Source: Hydrolagus colliei
Taxonomy: Eukaryota
DNA length: 64,000 nucleotides
Assembly: GCA_035084275.1 (NCBI GenBank)
Contig: CM068754.1
Coordinates: 13,082,001 to 13,146,000, forward strand
Reading direction: 5' to 3'
Below are positions 39,841-53,232 of the stretch, piece after piece; positions within the stretch are counted from its first letter, which is position 1, and every line of letters starts with the position of its first letter. A program made the translations under genes and the position numbers. The notes under the pieces were generated by a model, which ran no database searches, was not told where the DNA came from, and was given only the letters and a program-made list of their open reading frames with translations.

Positions 39841-42049
39841 TTATTAAACTAAATGTCTCTAAGAACATTTCATGTGCTCAGTTATTTAAACGTCTCTTCT
39901 CTGCGTTAGTAATTCCATACTGCTGAGTCTACTGACATGTGAATGCTTTCCAAAATATGTTTTAGTGAATGTTTTGGATTCTTAGTGTGAGAAGTTATTT
40001 GTCACAGTTAACAATTTGCATTTCAATATTTCTCATGAAATTTACCAAGGTAAAAGACTATGAAAATGTGTGTTTTATTCATTCAAAGCATATTATGATG
40101 GAGTGTGTTCTTGCTTCTTGCATCACAATTCATAGATCATTTCAAAGAAAACACATTATGGTTTGCAAATAAAATAACTGTTGACCTGAATATTCATGCC
40201 ATGTTGTGGACTGAAAACTGTTCTGTTTTTGCAAGTTTGCAAACAATATATAATTCAGCAATAAATTTCACTTTAACACTCATTATGCAATCCATAAGAG
40301 ATTGCTTGCTTTTAAAGCTTTAGAAATATGGCAATGGGTTTTGATAATGCGTGTTTTCTGGAAGAGAGTATAAACAGCTTAATCTAAATATTTCTTTATA
40401 GAAGAGGTGGTGAATAATTGGGAATTCATAATGCGAAATCTGTGGCCTGCGAACTATATGAAGTTGTGAAAAATGTATCTGTATATTGTAATGTGCAATC
40501 TCTCTCTGTTTCAAATGTTTGAAGTCATGGTAATCAATTATTTAAACCAGGCTCTTGATTCTTGAAATGTTCTCGCGGCATAGCAAATGAGTGGCAAAAT
40601 CTTAGCTGTGATGAAATGATCAAATCACTTTTCAGTTTGTTTACAGTTTTGTTTTTGTCACAGTCAGAACTGTCACCTTAATGAAAAAGGCATCATCCAG
40701 AGCCATTTTGTACATTCAGATAACATATTGATTCTTATTTGCTTTAGATAGGTTTTCTCATTCAAACACTCTTGATGTTTTTCAGACAGACTATGATGGA
40801 ACCTATTATTTAAAAATAATTGCTTACCTGAATGTCACACAAAATAGCATAGCCAAGATCCTAAGAGCACGTGTGAAGTGAGAAAAGTAACCTGTATAGT
40901 TTTTGCTGAATTCTATCGTTAAATAACTTGAAGAATGTTTCAAGGAAAAACATTAAATGTATCCCTTATGCTCCTATGTATCTGACTCACCATCATATTT
41001 AATCAATTTAGCAAATGATTGTCTGCCCAGTGGTTCTCACTCTCCGTTTGTCAGGTTCAATTAGTGTTTCAATCAATCCTCCGAATAAAGAACGAGTGTT
41101 CAGGTGAAACTGAGGAAGTGAACATTAACATCAGCCCAAAGCGCTTTCTCTGTTCTTGTCATATTTTTGGGGATGCTATTTAAATTTATTTTCTTCCTTC
41201 CTGTTTATTCTCTGATGAACCATACAACTCTGCAGAAGTATAACCAGTAATGTGGTCTGTTTTTAGAACTTCTCAAACTTCAGCCTCTAGCTGTCTGCTG
41301 CTAGGATGTGCATGACAGTAACACGGAGTGGTTCACCAGGCAAGTCAAACTTCAGTGCTCTCCTTTTAACCCTGAAGAATAGAAAAAAATAAGAGCGTAA
41401 GTTATGTAATGTTTCCAAGCATGTACATGCATGATCACATGAACATCCAGTATTAGAAACGTTGATTTATCCATTTAAATTCGCTAAGACGAGATAATGT
41501 TTCGAGAATTGAGGTGGACATCCATCTTAAGATAATTATTTCTCTGTCACAGCTCCACAAAGCTGCAAATCTAGATTGCGGACAAGCAAAGAATATAATA
41601 TATGCTGTAAAACTGCCGCCACAACATCAACTTTGTGCAAGTGAATGCCCTACTTTTCCATATCCTACGGCTGCTGTTTCGAAAATGAAGTCAGCATTAA
41701 TGTCAACGGCTTTTGATTAAAAGTCCCCACAAGAGTCTTGGAGTGGATTAGGGACAATGCAGATCTGAGCAATTCTAATTCGCATTACTGACTTTTAATA
41801 TATATTTAAAGTAGATTTTCAATGCCAGTCTTTTACCTCTTAAAAAAAACTTTTAATGTTTTCAATGGGCATTTCTGGATGAAAATTGTCATTCTTTTTT
41901 TTGGAAGGGAAAACTTGGCTTTCTACTGAACAGCCAAACTTCTTCCTATCATTTAAAAAAATATTTTGCGATGCAAGTAAACAAATTGATTTTTAAATAA
42001 ATCCCATCGATTGAAGACTTGCACTGAATAGTTGTGGTTAGAGACCATG

Positions 42050-42107
42050 AGGAATATCCTCCCAACATGAAAGGTGCTACACAAATGTAATTTTGTTATT
42101 GTTGTTG
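42050..42107 (+). mobile_element. L2 tail-only insertion
   Basis: tcctcccaacatgaaaggtgctacacaaatgtaattttgttattgttgttg. Confidence 0.75.
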
Positions 42108-44009
42108 CGCTTTCTTGAGAGTTTTATGTAATTTTATATTCCATTCAACATTTACAGCAGATAGATGTACACAGCCCTTTTTTTCAAATATTGCAAACAT
42201 TCCAAGCTAGGTATTCCATTTCTTAAGAGAATCTTGCTTTAGTTGTAAAATAAAGATAAGATTTATTACTTTGAGCTGATGAAACTAAACTGAAATTGTT
42301 TCTTTGAAATTACATACCAAAGTTTAAACCAGGTTAACAATCAAATCTCAAGACGTATCTCAGCCTTCTGGATCCCTTTCCCTAATGAACCCACTTTAAT
42401 ATAATGTAATCCTTTGGAATGTTAGTGTAATTGGCAAATGTTGTTGTTAATCCAATATTCTTTCTTTCCATAAGCACTGTAGAAAATTACTTTCTAAAAA
42501 TAATGTTTTAAGAAAAATTACACAGCTTATGAGTAACCTTAAGTATGCTAAAATGGATTTTCTGATATTAAGCACTTGAAGACTGAGACATATGCATCTT
42601 AAAAAATGTTAAACAAAGATTTTCAATGTCACAAATAGCCAGTTCATTACCATTGGAAAACTAAGTTGTGTTGTTACACGGTAAATTACTGTCTCTAATT
42701 CTCTCAATCCTCCCCTCACCAAACCCCATTCCCAATTGCACACTAAAAACAGGTTTTATATTGTTGAGAATGATGCGGGCTAAATTAATGTGTGAAGAAG
42801 TTGAGAATTATTGAAATTGACAGTTATCGAAAAAGATAGATGGTTTATTGGTGTGATCCTACCGTCGAAATTTAAAATGCATCATTATGTAAACAGATTC
42901 CACAGCGTGAAAGTACTTGCTGTTAGAAACAGTGTGGAGCAAATTGTCTGATTGTAATAATTGTTTTTTAAAACTTCCTCAACTGTTAAAATTTGCACAG
43001 AATTATTTTAGAAATAACAAAAAACAAAAAGACATAATTTAGGCATAAATGTGAGTGAACAATTGAATCAAACCTCATGAACTAAAACATCAGACTTTTG
43101 GGAACAGCACCAATAAAGCAAAGACACACACTGCAAAATGTTAAAATAAAAACAACATACTCTTCCAATACCGTAAAGATGTGAACTTCAACAGACTTCA
43201 ACAGGGCTGGCAGACTAGAACCTATGAGATTTATCTGCTCTAATGTGTGTGGTTGCTCACTATAACAACAAATTAACAACAACAACAAGTTGCACTTATA
43301 GAGCACTACAATTGCTTCTTTGTGAAGTCACGTATACAAATATGTACTTCAAAACATTGAGGAGTCTTTATACACTTCGATGGCTCAAACTACTTTGTGT
43401 CCTATATAACTGTAGACAAAGTGACTTTCTAATCGATAAATTGTCACAAAAGCAATTCCGCTTTCTTTAAAGTATTATGGGCATCTACAAATGGCTTGAA
43501 TCTATATTTTTTCACTGATTCCCTCAACTATGAAGCTGGTGGCACATTAGCTTTAGCTATCTCTTCCCTGCAAGGCTTTGTTCTGAGTCACCAAATAAAT
43601 GTTATACAGACTCCATTCAGAACTGCTTTGAGGCATTTGAGAGACTTAAACAAAGAGCTTTCAGAACCTACAGCTCTAAGCTAAGTTGAAACCCTTCCAG
43701 AAATGATCTGCAAGAAAATGGGTTGATACATAGTGTTTCAAACACTGGGTGATATAGATTTAAGTAGGTGTTTTACTCAAACTATGAGCCTTGAAGGCAT
43801 CACTTTGAAACAAAAAACCTCTGAGTGGGACTCACGTTGAGATCTTTCCTCCATCGAGCTGATATGTGCAAAGCCGCCATCAATTGGTACTGCATCGATT
43901 TCCTCCTTCAAAAAATATGGTTTAAGTATTGGCTTGAAAGCTAGCCTGGAGAGAATGAGAATCAAGCTCAAAATCAAAAGTCCACATTGACACTGCAACT
44001 ATGTATGTA

Positions 44010-44261
44010 AATAATAATCCTTAATAATAATCCTTACACTGTAAAGTGATTTGACAGTATATTTGCGGGTGAACGTGGCAGCCAATTGCGCACAGCAGTG
44101 TCCCACAAACAGTCATGGATTGAATTGACCAATTTGTTATTGTTCTTTTGAGGTATTATTATTAGGTGTGTGAAGTAAGGAAACAAGATTTCATCCTGCC
44201 TGAAATCAAACCCATGTTTCTCGCTTATAAGGCGAATACTCTAACCACTGAACTACAGGGG
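44010..44261 (-). mobile_element. tRNA-derived Deu-domain SINE with deleted tail stem-loop
   Basis: Head ctctaaccactgaactacagggg and Deu core ggcagccaattgcgcacagcagtgtcccac. aataataatcctt is duplicated and joined directly to actgtaaagtg. Confidence 0.9.
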
Positions 44262-46209
44262 CCATGAGGGAGTATGGGGAAGTAAGAAGTGGAACATTGT
44301 CTGAAAAAAGAAGGAGAAGCAAGGAATCATGAAATATTCTTGTGTTTTGGTTATAGGATATAGGGAGTATCTGCGATGATCTTTCTCTCAGACTTATATG
44401 GTGTGAGGTCCATAATTTGGAAAGTTCTGCACAGCTGTGCAGAGAGCAAGCATGATGGGTTAAATGGTCTTTTAATGTTCCATGGTGTGGTTACTTCTAT
44501 TAAGTCTCTTGTTCTGTAGTGGAACACATACTCCTTGTCTGCAACTATGTCTGTTTGTGCAAAGTGGTACACTCTGCAATTTTTTCCTTCAAATCAATAG
44601 CACTCGCCAAAATAAGAAGCTCCAGCAACGTGACAAATTAACTCTTTGGCTCGAGATATTAATGGAATGTTTACTGACTCTAATTCAAAGCTATTGTTTT
44701 TGTTCTGCAGTTCATCCTATAACCTACCCATCGCAACATCATTGGATTGAACATCCAAGGATCAGAAATAGCATTCATTAGTTTGAAGAATGAACTGAAG
44801 GCGACATAATTGATTCCTGCAGTGATCTTAGTGGGTGGCTGTAAGTGGTCACAGGAGAATTAGGCTTGGAAAAATAAATTAACTGCTGCAGCAATCAATA
44901 TTTTCTAAAGTATTTTGTGCAATAGTAAAGTGTCGATTTTGGTTAATAATATTATTTGCACTGTATAATAGTATTTTAACAATATACAGGGTGGAATTGT
45001 GCAGCTTTGCTCTGAAACAAAATCTTCACCATCCAAGTACAGTAGTAGTACTTTATCTTCTAAGTTTCAATTCCTCAGTGGAGCCTTACTCAAGACCAAA
45101 TATATATCGGTGACCATCAAACAATTTACTGAACAACATTTCACGCCCTTAAGTGAGATATTACAGTTATTAATCTATCTTATTTAGGGGGTCAGAAATA
45201 AGCAGGCTTTCGAGAATGGAATAAAAATGAATCAATACCATACCTTCTAGCAGTGTTTACAGAAAACCTCAGCTCTATCTTGGAACGTTTTGCTCAATTT
45301 TAGATCCTTTTGCAAACTAAAAATTAGCTTCGAGGTACTGCCAAAAAAATATTTATTTACAAGCATTTAAATTGACAGATATGCACATTGGAGCATAGCA
45401 AAATTGTATTAAGTTCAAAATTGACCTCTTTAACTACTGCTGATGAGTTTGTGTGATGGTTTGTGCCATGTGGCTTGATCTCTTTTCAACATCATATACT
45501 ATTATATAGCAAGAAAATCCAGCGATAATATGAAATCTTTGCAGCATTTAATAGATTGTTAGTGATAAACACATACTGAGTGCAATTTGTGGTCCCAGTG
45601 ATATTTATAAGGGCTGGAAGCAGATCCCCTGAGGCTATTATCAATGGTGAAGTCAGACAGGTCAGACACTCACAGATCACAGCCTTTGACTGCCATGGAA
45701 TAATGAAAAATCTTTTCTGAGGAAAGCTTAGCAATTCCACCATCTACTGTATGTTGTTTAAATTCCACTCTGCAATTAAAAGAATAAAATGGTCTCACTT
45801 CCATATTTATCAGAAATGCACTGCCTAATTGCATGGAAAACAGATGCACATTTTAAATTTGAGCCTTCCAGACAGTATTTTGAAGGCATTATTTCTGACC
45901 TCCATGGTATCAGGTCCAAGACCTGAGTTTTCCCAAGGAAATGAAAGTCTTCTTTGGTATCTGAACCATCAAAACTGTTCATACCAGCCAACTGGGTACA
46001 AGGGATACAAAGATAAACTGATCCGTTAAGTTGATGATGCTCTTCCCTTCATAATGACCCCCCACTCTGCACAAGGTTCAGAAATGGGCATTCAAGACGC
46101 AAATACATTGATCAGCACTGGGGTATGAAGTGAATTGATAAAATACAAGAATTATTCATGTGACTTCGACATAGTTCTAACTAAACTAGTTAATCAACTA
46201 GCTAAACTA

Positions 46210-46422
46210 AAAACAACAATAACAAATTGCATTTATATACTGTAGTGGCTTTTGCCTCAGCGGGATATCCCCAAGGCACTTTTGTTTATTTCTTGAAGGA
46301 CCCAAAAGACACTGCACCAGCTTGGCATGTTCAATACCCAAAAAAATCCAACTTACAACAACAACAACAACAATTTACATTTATAGAGCGCCTTTCACGT
46401 CGGGAGGACGTCCCAAGGCTTT
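46210..46422 (-). mobile_element. Two L2 tail-only insertions (46210-46281, 46356-46422)
   Basis: The second copy reads (caa)n tttacatttatagagcgcctttcacgtcgggaggacgtcccaaggc, near-identical to the tail of 15670-16302. Confidence 0.85.
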
Positions 46423-49174
46423 AAAGCTCATTTGATCTCTGAAAAGATGAATGATGGCATTACAGATGGAATAAATATCCTGTGTCTATTTCCATAGAAC
46501 AAAGTTAATGTAGAATTAAGCATCAGCACTCCCCATCCTCATCAAAATAAAGCCCATTCATTTTTAAATTAGTATCCCATTGTTTTTCTTAGAAACTTTA
46601 GACCTCTTTTCCTCAAAGGTAATGAGGGTATGAACCAAAGCAAACATCTATCTTGTTAAACAAAATATTATATTTCACAATTTTCTATGATAGTGAACCT
46701 TAGACCAAAGTTCTGGTGATCAAGTAAACTCTAAATGTTTCAGAGCTGTGGGAATAGCCAGATGCTGTTCCTCAAATATCCTCTGTAGAATATCTACAAT
46801 TATCAAGATTGTAATGAATGCCTTCAGGATATGTGACTGTCGCTTAGAAATAGTAGCAGATGGCTTAGTTTTATACCCTGTGGACTGATAGAGAGCTGCC
46901 TTCACCTATCAAACCAATAACCCCAACAGATTGGGGAAAAAGGAGGAAAAAACAAATCATAAGACATAAAGATGCAAGGTTGAATCATATTCGAGCAACC
47001 ACCCATACAATTGGATGAATACATGGAGACAAAACAGTTCCACATAACATGTTTTACTGTTGACAATATTCCTGAGAGTCATAACACACTACATTCAGAA
47101 ACAATAAAATACTCCTCTTCAAAAGAAAACATCCCATACTTGGTTAAGATTGCAAGAGAGAGAATTTATAACATACTGTTTAATATTGCCTATGACTAAA
47201 GTGGAAAATATTATATGAGAGCTATAAACATGTACCGCTGCTAATTCCTCCCCACAAATCAAATTTAATCAGCAGAAAAATATGATACACAGTACGGTGA
47301 TAAAAGGGCAACTGTGCACCTTGTTACAGTTATACCGAATTGTTCCATGGTTTCTGGTTGATCACAGACAAGAATATGTTCACGATTACGTTTGCAACAA
47401 TGCCCTGAGGCACTATGATGCCTGTATCAGAATATCTGTCTTCAAGTTTGCCAATCGATTGACATGAAAAATTAATCCGGCTAGAACTCATAACAGAAAC
47501 TACACATTTGGAAGAGTTGCCAATGCACAATCTTGTGGTTAGGTGTGGTTGGTGCATTGTAGAGAGAGTGGCTTCACATGCTGTACATGTATTGGAATTG
47601 TTGGCCCTCATGATGTTTCTGGATATACATCAGGCACATTCCTTACCATCTCATATACTGAGCAGTATCTCCTAAGTAGATGATCCCAATTTAACAGTTC
47701 AGCTGCTTTAACTATCATCTAATCAGATTGTGTAACTAGCATGGCATAGCTGAACTACATGCATGCCATACAATACAGCACAACTGAAATTTAGTATCAA
47801 TGCTTCAAATTATGTATCCTTTGTTGGACCTGATGGTCTTGTGCAATGGAAGTTAGGTCCATCTGCCAAAGGCTTGGAGTAGAACATTGTTTCACCTTCA
47901 CAACTTGGAATCTGAAACTGAAACCTGCTAGAACATGTCCAAGTGTTATAAATAGAGCTTTACAGTGTTCTCAAATTGTCAGGAAATTGTACAAATTATT
48001 GCTTGTTCATAGATTCAATGCAGATCTCTATTTCTATATTATCATTTTACAAACATGTTGATCGTACTTGATAGAAAATTGTGCATTTTAAATGCATCAA
48101 ATTATATTGAGCGCTTGTACGATAGAGCTGTATAAAGAGATCATTAGTCTAGTGAATACCATCAAATGGCTAGGGGCCAACTCAAGTGAACAGATAAAAT
48201 GTTCAAAATTCCGGTAGCTGACAGAGTGTGACTGGAATGTACTTTGGAAAACAATATAATTTATGAACCAGAATTTAATTTACAAAACAAATTTAGAACA
48301 TAAATCATACATCATTTTGCCCTTCCGGGTTATTCCAGTATATACTGCAATGGAAGGTAGCTGGTTTGCCTCAAGTAATACACATAGCTCGGATAAATAT
48401 TCTATTGAGCTATAAAGTAGATAATATGCATTTCTCTCGGCACCAAACCCTGAGCGCACCAAATCCAGTTGTTCTCCAAACATTGCTTCTTTTCATCTTC
48501 GGCGAGAAAAGCAGTGTAAGAAAAGTTATCTTTTTCTATGAACAACCAATACAAAATAGAGAAGTTAATATGACCATTGCAATAAAATTAGAAGAGCGAA
48601 ACACAACCAATTCTAGGGGGCCAGATTGTATTTTGTTTGGAAGCATATTGCAGAAATCTATTTGATACTGCACATGTCACATTAAATCCTAAAAGTGATG
48701 ATTTCTAAAAACTTCTGTAGAGTCAGCAGCTAGAACTCCACATTGAACTTAAAAGTTTTGACATTATCTTGGGAACAATATTTCCAAATTAGCTGTGTTA
48801 GAAAATACTTCCTATTTATAACTGCCAACATAGCTTGCCTGTAGTGCAGACAGAGTTACCTACCTAAAAAATCATTACAGATAATTAACTTCCTCTTCCT
48901 TTAAATTCAGTTGCTTGCAATCATGCCAGATGGTACTACATTATGCATCAGAAAATCTGATGAAACAAGAATACTCAAATCTCTGGTCACAGCAATGCTG
49001 TGTTGCATTCAATCCCTCTAAAAACAATGTGTTTAAAAGGAACGATAAAATGTAAATCAAAATATTTTTCTTATTCTGTTTAATGCACTGTCCCAAACTT
49101 GGTACTCATACAATCCAATATAATTTAAGGTTGTCTACGTCAGGAGAATGTCTCAAATGACTTGCCACCATTGG

Positions 49175-49524
49175 CTCACCCGTAGCAAACTTTGCCTCCC
49201 AATTACCCTAGTCCTTGCCAGACTTCACTGGCTCCCTGTCTCGGAGTGGATCGATTTTAAGATCCTCACTCTTGTTTTCAAATCCTTCCACTCCTCTGCA
49301 GTCCCCTACCTCTCTGACCTCCTCTCTCCTCACAACCTTTGCTCTACCGGGTCTGGTCTCCTTCTCGTCCCCTGAATCCTTCGTTCCACCATTGGTGGCC
49401 GTGCCTCCCCACTCCACGCTCAAAGACTCTGGAACTCCCTTCCTCACTCCCTTCACCTCGCACCCTCTTTTCCTATTTTCAGGTCATGGCTAAAGATCTT
49501 TCTTTTCGACTGCGCTATTTCCAC
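49175..49524 (+). mobile_element. L2 LINE 3' fragment
   Basis: [41 protein letters not shown] (ORF 49148..49375). Confidence 0.92.
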
Positions 49525-49571
49525 TGATCACCAGTCCAATTCACTGGAGAGTATAATTTGAGGATCATCAC

Positions 49572-49715
49572 CAACAACAACAACAAAATTACATTTGTTT
49601 AGTGTCTTACACATCAAGAGTGTGTACCAAGGTCCTGGACTGTCAGCATTTCAACCTGAGCTGAAGCTGCGATCGAGGAGGATGGAGGGAAGGGGCACAT
49701 AAAAGGGGGAGGTTT
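49572..49715 (-). mobile_element. L2 3' UTR fragment (family A)
   Basis: (caa)n aattacatttg...ccaaggtcctggactgtca, like 6467-6600. Confidence 0.75.
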
Positions 49716-49892
49716 GAAGTTAGCATATGTTTAATGATAACCTTATCAGGTATGCAGCCATCTCCAGCCACTTTCAGCTGCAAATTAGCAACAGTGACTG
49801 GTCATAGGTACTTTGGAATGTATGTATTCATACAGAAGGATTCAATTTCACATTCCCACATTTTAACAGAATACATTTTTTCAATGTGATGT

Positions 49893-50271
49893 ACAACAAC
49901 AACAACAACAACTTCGATTTATATAGTGCCCTCCACGCCGGACGGCGTCTCAGAGCGCTTTACAGTAGCGGATCCCAGGACCGAGCCAGGGGCAGGGGCA
50001 GAAAGGTGACCAAAAGCCCGGTCGAAGAGAAAGGTCTTCAGCTTTGAACTGAAACTGGGAAGAGAGGGAGCGAGGCGAAGGGAGTGAGGAAGGGTGTTCC
50101 AGAGCCTCGGGGCGTAGTGGCTGAAGACACGGCCACCGAGGGTGGAGCGGAGGACTCGGGGGACATGGAGGAGGCCGGACCCAGAGGAGCGAAGGCAGCG
50201 GGTGCTGGGTTGGGGGTAGAGGAGATCAGAGAGGTAGGGGGGTGCAGAGAAGTGGAGGGATTTGAAAACAA
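49893..50271 (-). mobile_element. Young L2 LINE 3' fragment (family B)
   Basis: VFKSLHFSAPPYLSDLL...GGRVFSHYAPRLWNTLPHSLRLAPSLPSFSSKLKTFLFDRAF; CpG-rich; (TTG)n tail. Confidence 0.96.
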
Positions 50272-50599
50272 ATTGAAAACAATACAACATAGAAAGTATT
50301 AGCTTTAGCAACTAACCTAAAAGCAGAACAGATCTCTCTCTTAGTTTTACAGCTCTCTGATTCATAAACACAAATACAAAACATGCCCTATTTCTGCTAT
50401 GCTTTTCTTGTCAATTTGATGCCCCAGTATAACTGTAGGCAGTGCAAATAGATTTAACAACTCCTGTGGAACATTGAAAAGGACTCTGGGTGTAGAGCTC
50501 TCTAATGCATCTGGTCAATGAGATTTTCTATTGAAAGTGATGATTGTTAGTAGTTTGGCAGATCACTTTCAGGGGATAACAGTCCTTCAAAAGATAAAT

Positions 50600-50750
50600 A
50601 AATGATTTTGTCACTCAATCCACGATTGGCTGCTGCGTTTTGCCCGCAAATATGCAATCAAATCATTTTACAGTAAATTCTGTGAAGCAGTTTGAGACAG
50701 CTCAATTATATGATTAGGCGCAAAAAGAAATGCAAGGAATATTATTATTG
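50600..50750 (+). mobile_element. Deu-SINE 3' fragment
   Basis: attggctgctgcgttttgcccgcaaata...ttctgtgaagcagtttgagac...aaatgcaaggaatattattatt. Confidence 0.8.
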
Positions 50751-51939
50751 TATCTGTTTACTCTGAAATGTGCTGTTCCACACGAGTATTATTTTCAATG
50801 CGTGCTAATTGCTTCCCTGATAATTCTTTTAACTGGGTTACGTTAGATACGTTACCTCCAAAACTAGAACTGAATCTAATGCAACTAACACAAGCACAAC
50901 TGTGTGTTGTATCTCCCACATTGAAAGTACGTTAGTCTATGAAAATATTCCAGTTTTGGAATAGTTTCCTGCCAAATTAATGCAATATTACTGATAACAT
51001 GTTATGTAAGAAAGTGCATTTAAAGTTGATAGATCATGTCAATCACTTAGAAGTTGTTTACTTTGTGGACTTTAGAAGGAAGATACTAACTCACCAACCT
51101 AAGGATAGGCTTCGAGTTGAAGCTACAGTACACTGCCAGTATACTGTACTCTCTTCAAGCTTTATTACTTTGCCAGAGGGCATATGATGCGACACAGACA
51201 TGATGTGACACAAAATATCTTTAGGCACATGCTATTTTTAGAATAGCTAAGGAAATACAGTACTGCATAATTTGAGAACTGTTCATTTTGCAGAGTTTTG
51301 TAGAAGATAAGTTTTATTTTTTTTAAAAGATGCAAAATGTAAGATAATTCCCTTTAATGTGAGAAACTGAGATATTTCTGGATACAGCTTGGAAAAAATA
51401 AACTATACTGGAATCATCTTGACTTAAAAAATATTGGTAAGTATATGGACATTTTCTGATTAAGGTGGTGGCAGTGGTTGGAAATAATGTACGTTTCAAC
51501 ACATAACAAAGTGTTGTGCTTAAATGTGGAAATATAAGGAATATGTCAAGTACCTTAAAGGGTTTTGTATTGATAATCAACTGGAGAATTTCTATCTAAG
51601 TATAGGTGATATGCATCTTTCAGAAATATCACTTTACCTACAATCAGGGTTAATGCCCCTTATTGAATGGATAATTTATATACAATCAATAAGCTCTATG
51701 AGACTGTTTAACCCTGAGAGTTCATCCCTAAAGACATGCATTTCATCAGCATCAAATAATTTGTATCTAGGACCTCAAATTATGACACAATTAAAACATT
51801 GCTACATTAAATAATGTTATGTTCTGTCTTACCCAGAAATAGAATGCATTTGGGGATTGAAGGTTCAATTACTAAAACATACAATCACTCAACTTTACTC
51901 GGTGAACATATTATCAACATACCAACATATTCAACTTTC

Positions 51940-52085
51940 AACATATTCTGTAAAGTGCTTTAAGATAGCCTCCTGACGTGAAAGGCACTATATTCAATGT
52001 AATAATCATAATTCTTCTAGACATCTCAAAGCACGTCACAGAATATACTGTAAAGTGAATTGACTGTATTTTTGTGGGTGAAATA
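51940..52085. mobile_element. Tail-to-tail pair of SINE 3' fragments
   Basis: The plus-strand tail atattctgtaaagtgctttaaga...gacgtgaaaggcactatattcaatg is followed by the minus-strand tail cttctagacatctcaaagcacgtcacagaatatactg. Confidence 0.75.
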
Positions 52086-53232
52086 CAAAAAATGAAATAA
52101 ATATAAAAATAATAGTGCGGACCACTATTATTGTCTTTGAACCAAAGGTAATATGAGTTTGAATCTCCATGTGCCATATTATTCACAAATATCAGACGTT
52201 TTCTGATGTTTTCCATAATATGTGGCAGCTTTACTAAATTTCTGCAGTAGTTATTAATCTATATTTAAAAAATATATTAACTTATTAAATAAACACGTTG
52301 ACATATTTCTGGCATTTGTATTGCTGTGCATAATACATTGCAGAACGGCATATTATTTATAGCAGGGGACAAGGCTTTGCTCCTGCCACAAGCATTTCAG
52401 CCAATGTAAGGCCAGATTTAAGGTCGGTGGTTATTGTTAGCTCTCGAAGCTGAACACAAAGCTAAAGCAATTATTAAGTGGCAGTTCGATGTGATTAAGT
52501 TGCAAACATCGCTCAGTTTTAATTCTCAAATGAGAGAAATAAACACTGGCAGAATAATGGTTACATTGAAGTTAATGCCATGACCAGAGGAGTATGGTAT
52601 GAAACAGCTTTGAGAAGCATGTAGCGAGAAAAAGTCACTCAAGCGAGAAGAATTGCGCAAAGGAGGTTGAGAAAGCACCTAGAGTATGTGTAACAAATCT
52701 GTCAAGTTTCATTTGTTTACAGTGAGAGATTTTAAGAAAAGTGACATTCTTTAGATGCTTGTTCAGTAGCTCTATTTCCTGCTGTGTCAAACAGATAATT
52801 TAAGAAACAACTCCATTTGGCAGTGGTCACAACTTGGCAAGAATCTATATGAGCCCTGTGACTTTTAACAGAGAAGCCAAGTCAATGGCTGTTTAGCCTT
52901 TTGTAGACAATTCCTGGCTGAGATATACTGATAATGACAATTTATTTCAGGATGCTACTTACTCCTACTGTTGCTCAACCTTAACCTACCCAGCGTTTCA
53001 GTGCAGTGCCTCGCATTATTATGACTTATATTATCTTGCAAGTTTTGATGAATTGAACAACCGCAACAAATTTTATTTGTAAAGCATATTTCATGTTGGT
53101 TGAGGGTGGTTGTAATTATTATATTTTAATTATTAATAATTACATTGCTCTGTAACCTGGTTCTGTGGGAATTGAGTGAGATGTTCTCAAAAGGGATCTG
53201 AAAAAGAAAGTGATGTTGACAAGTTCATATCA

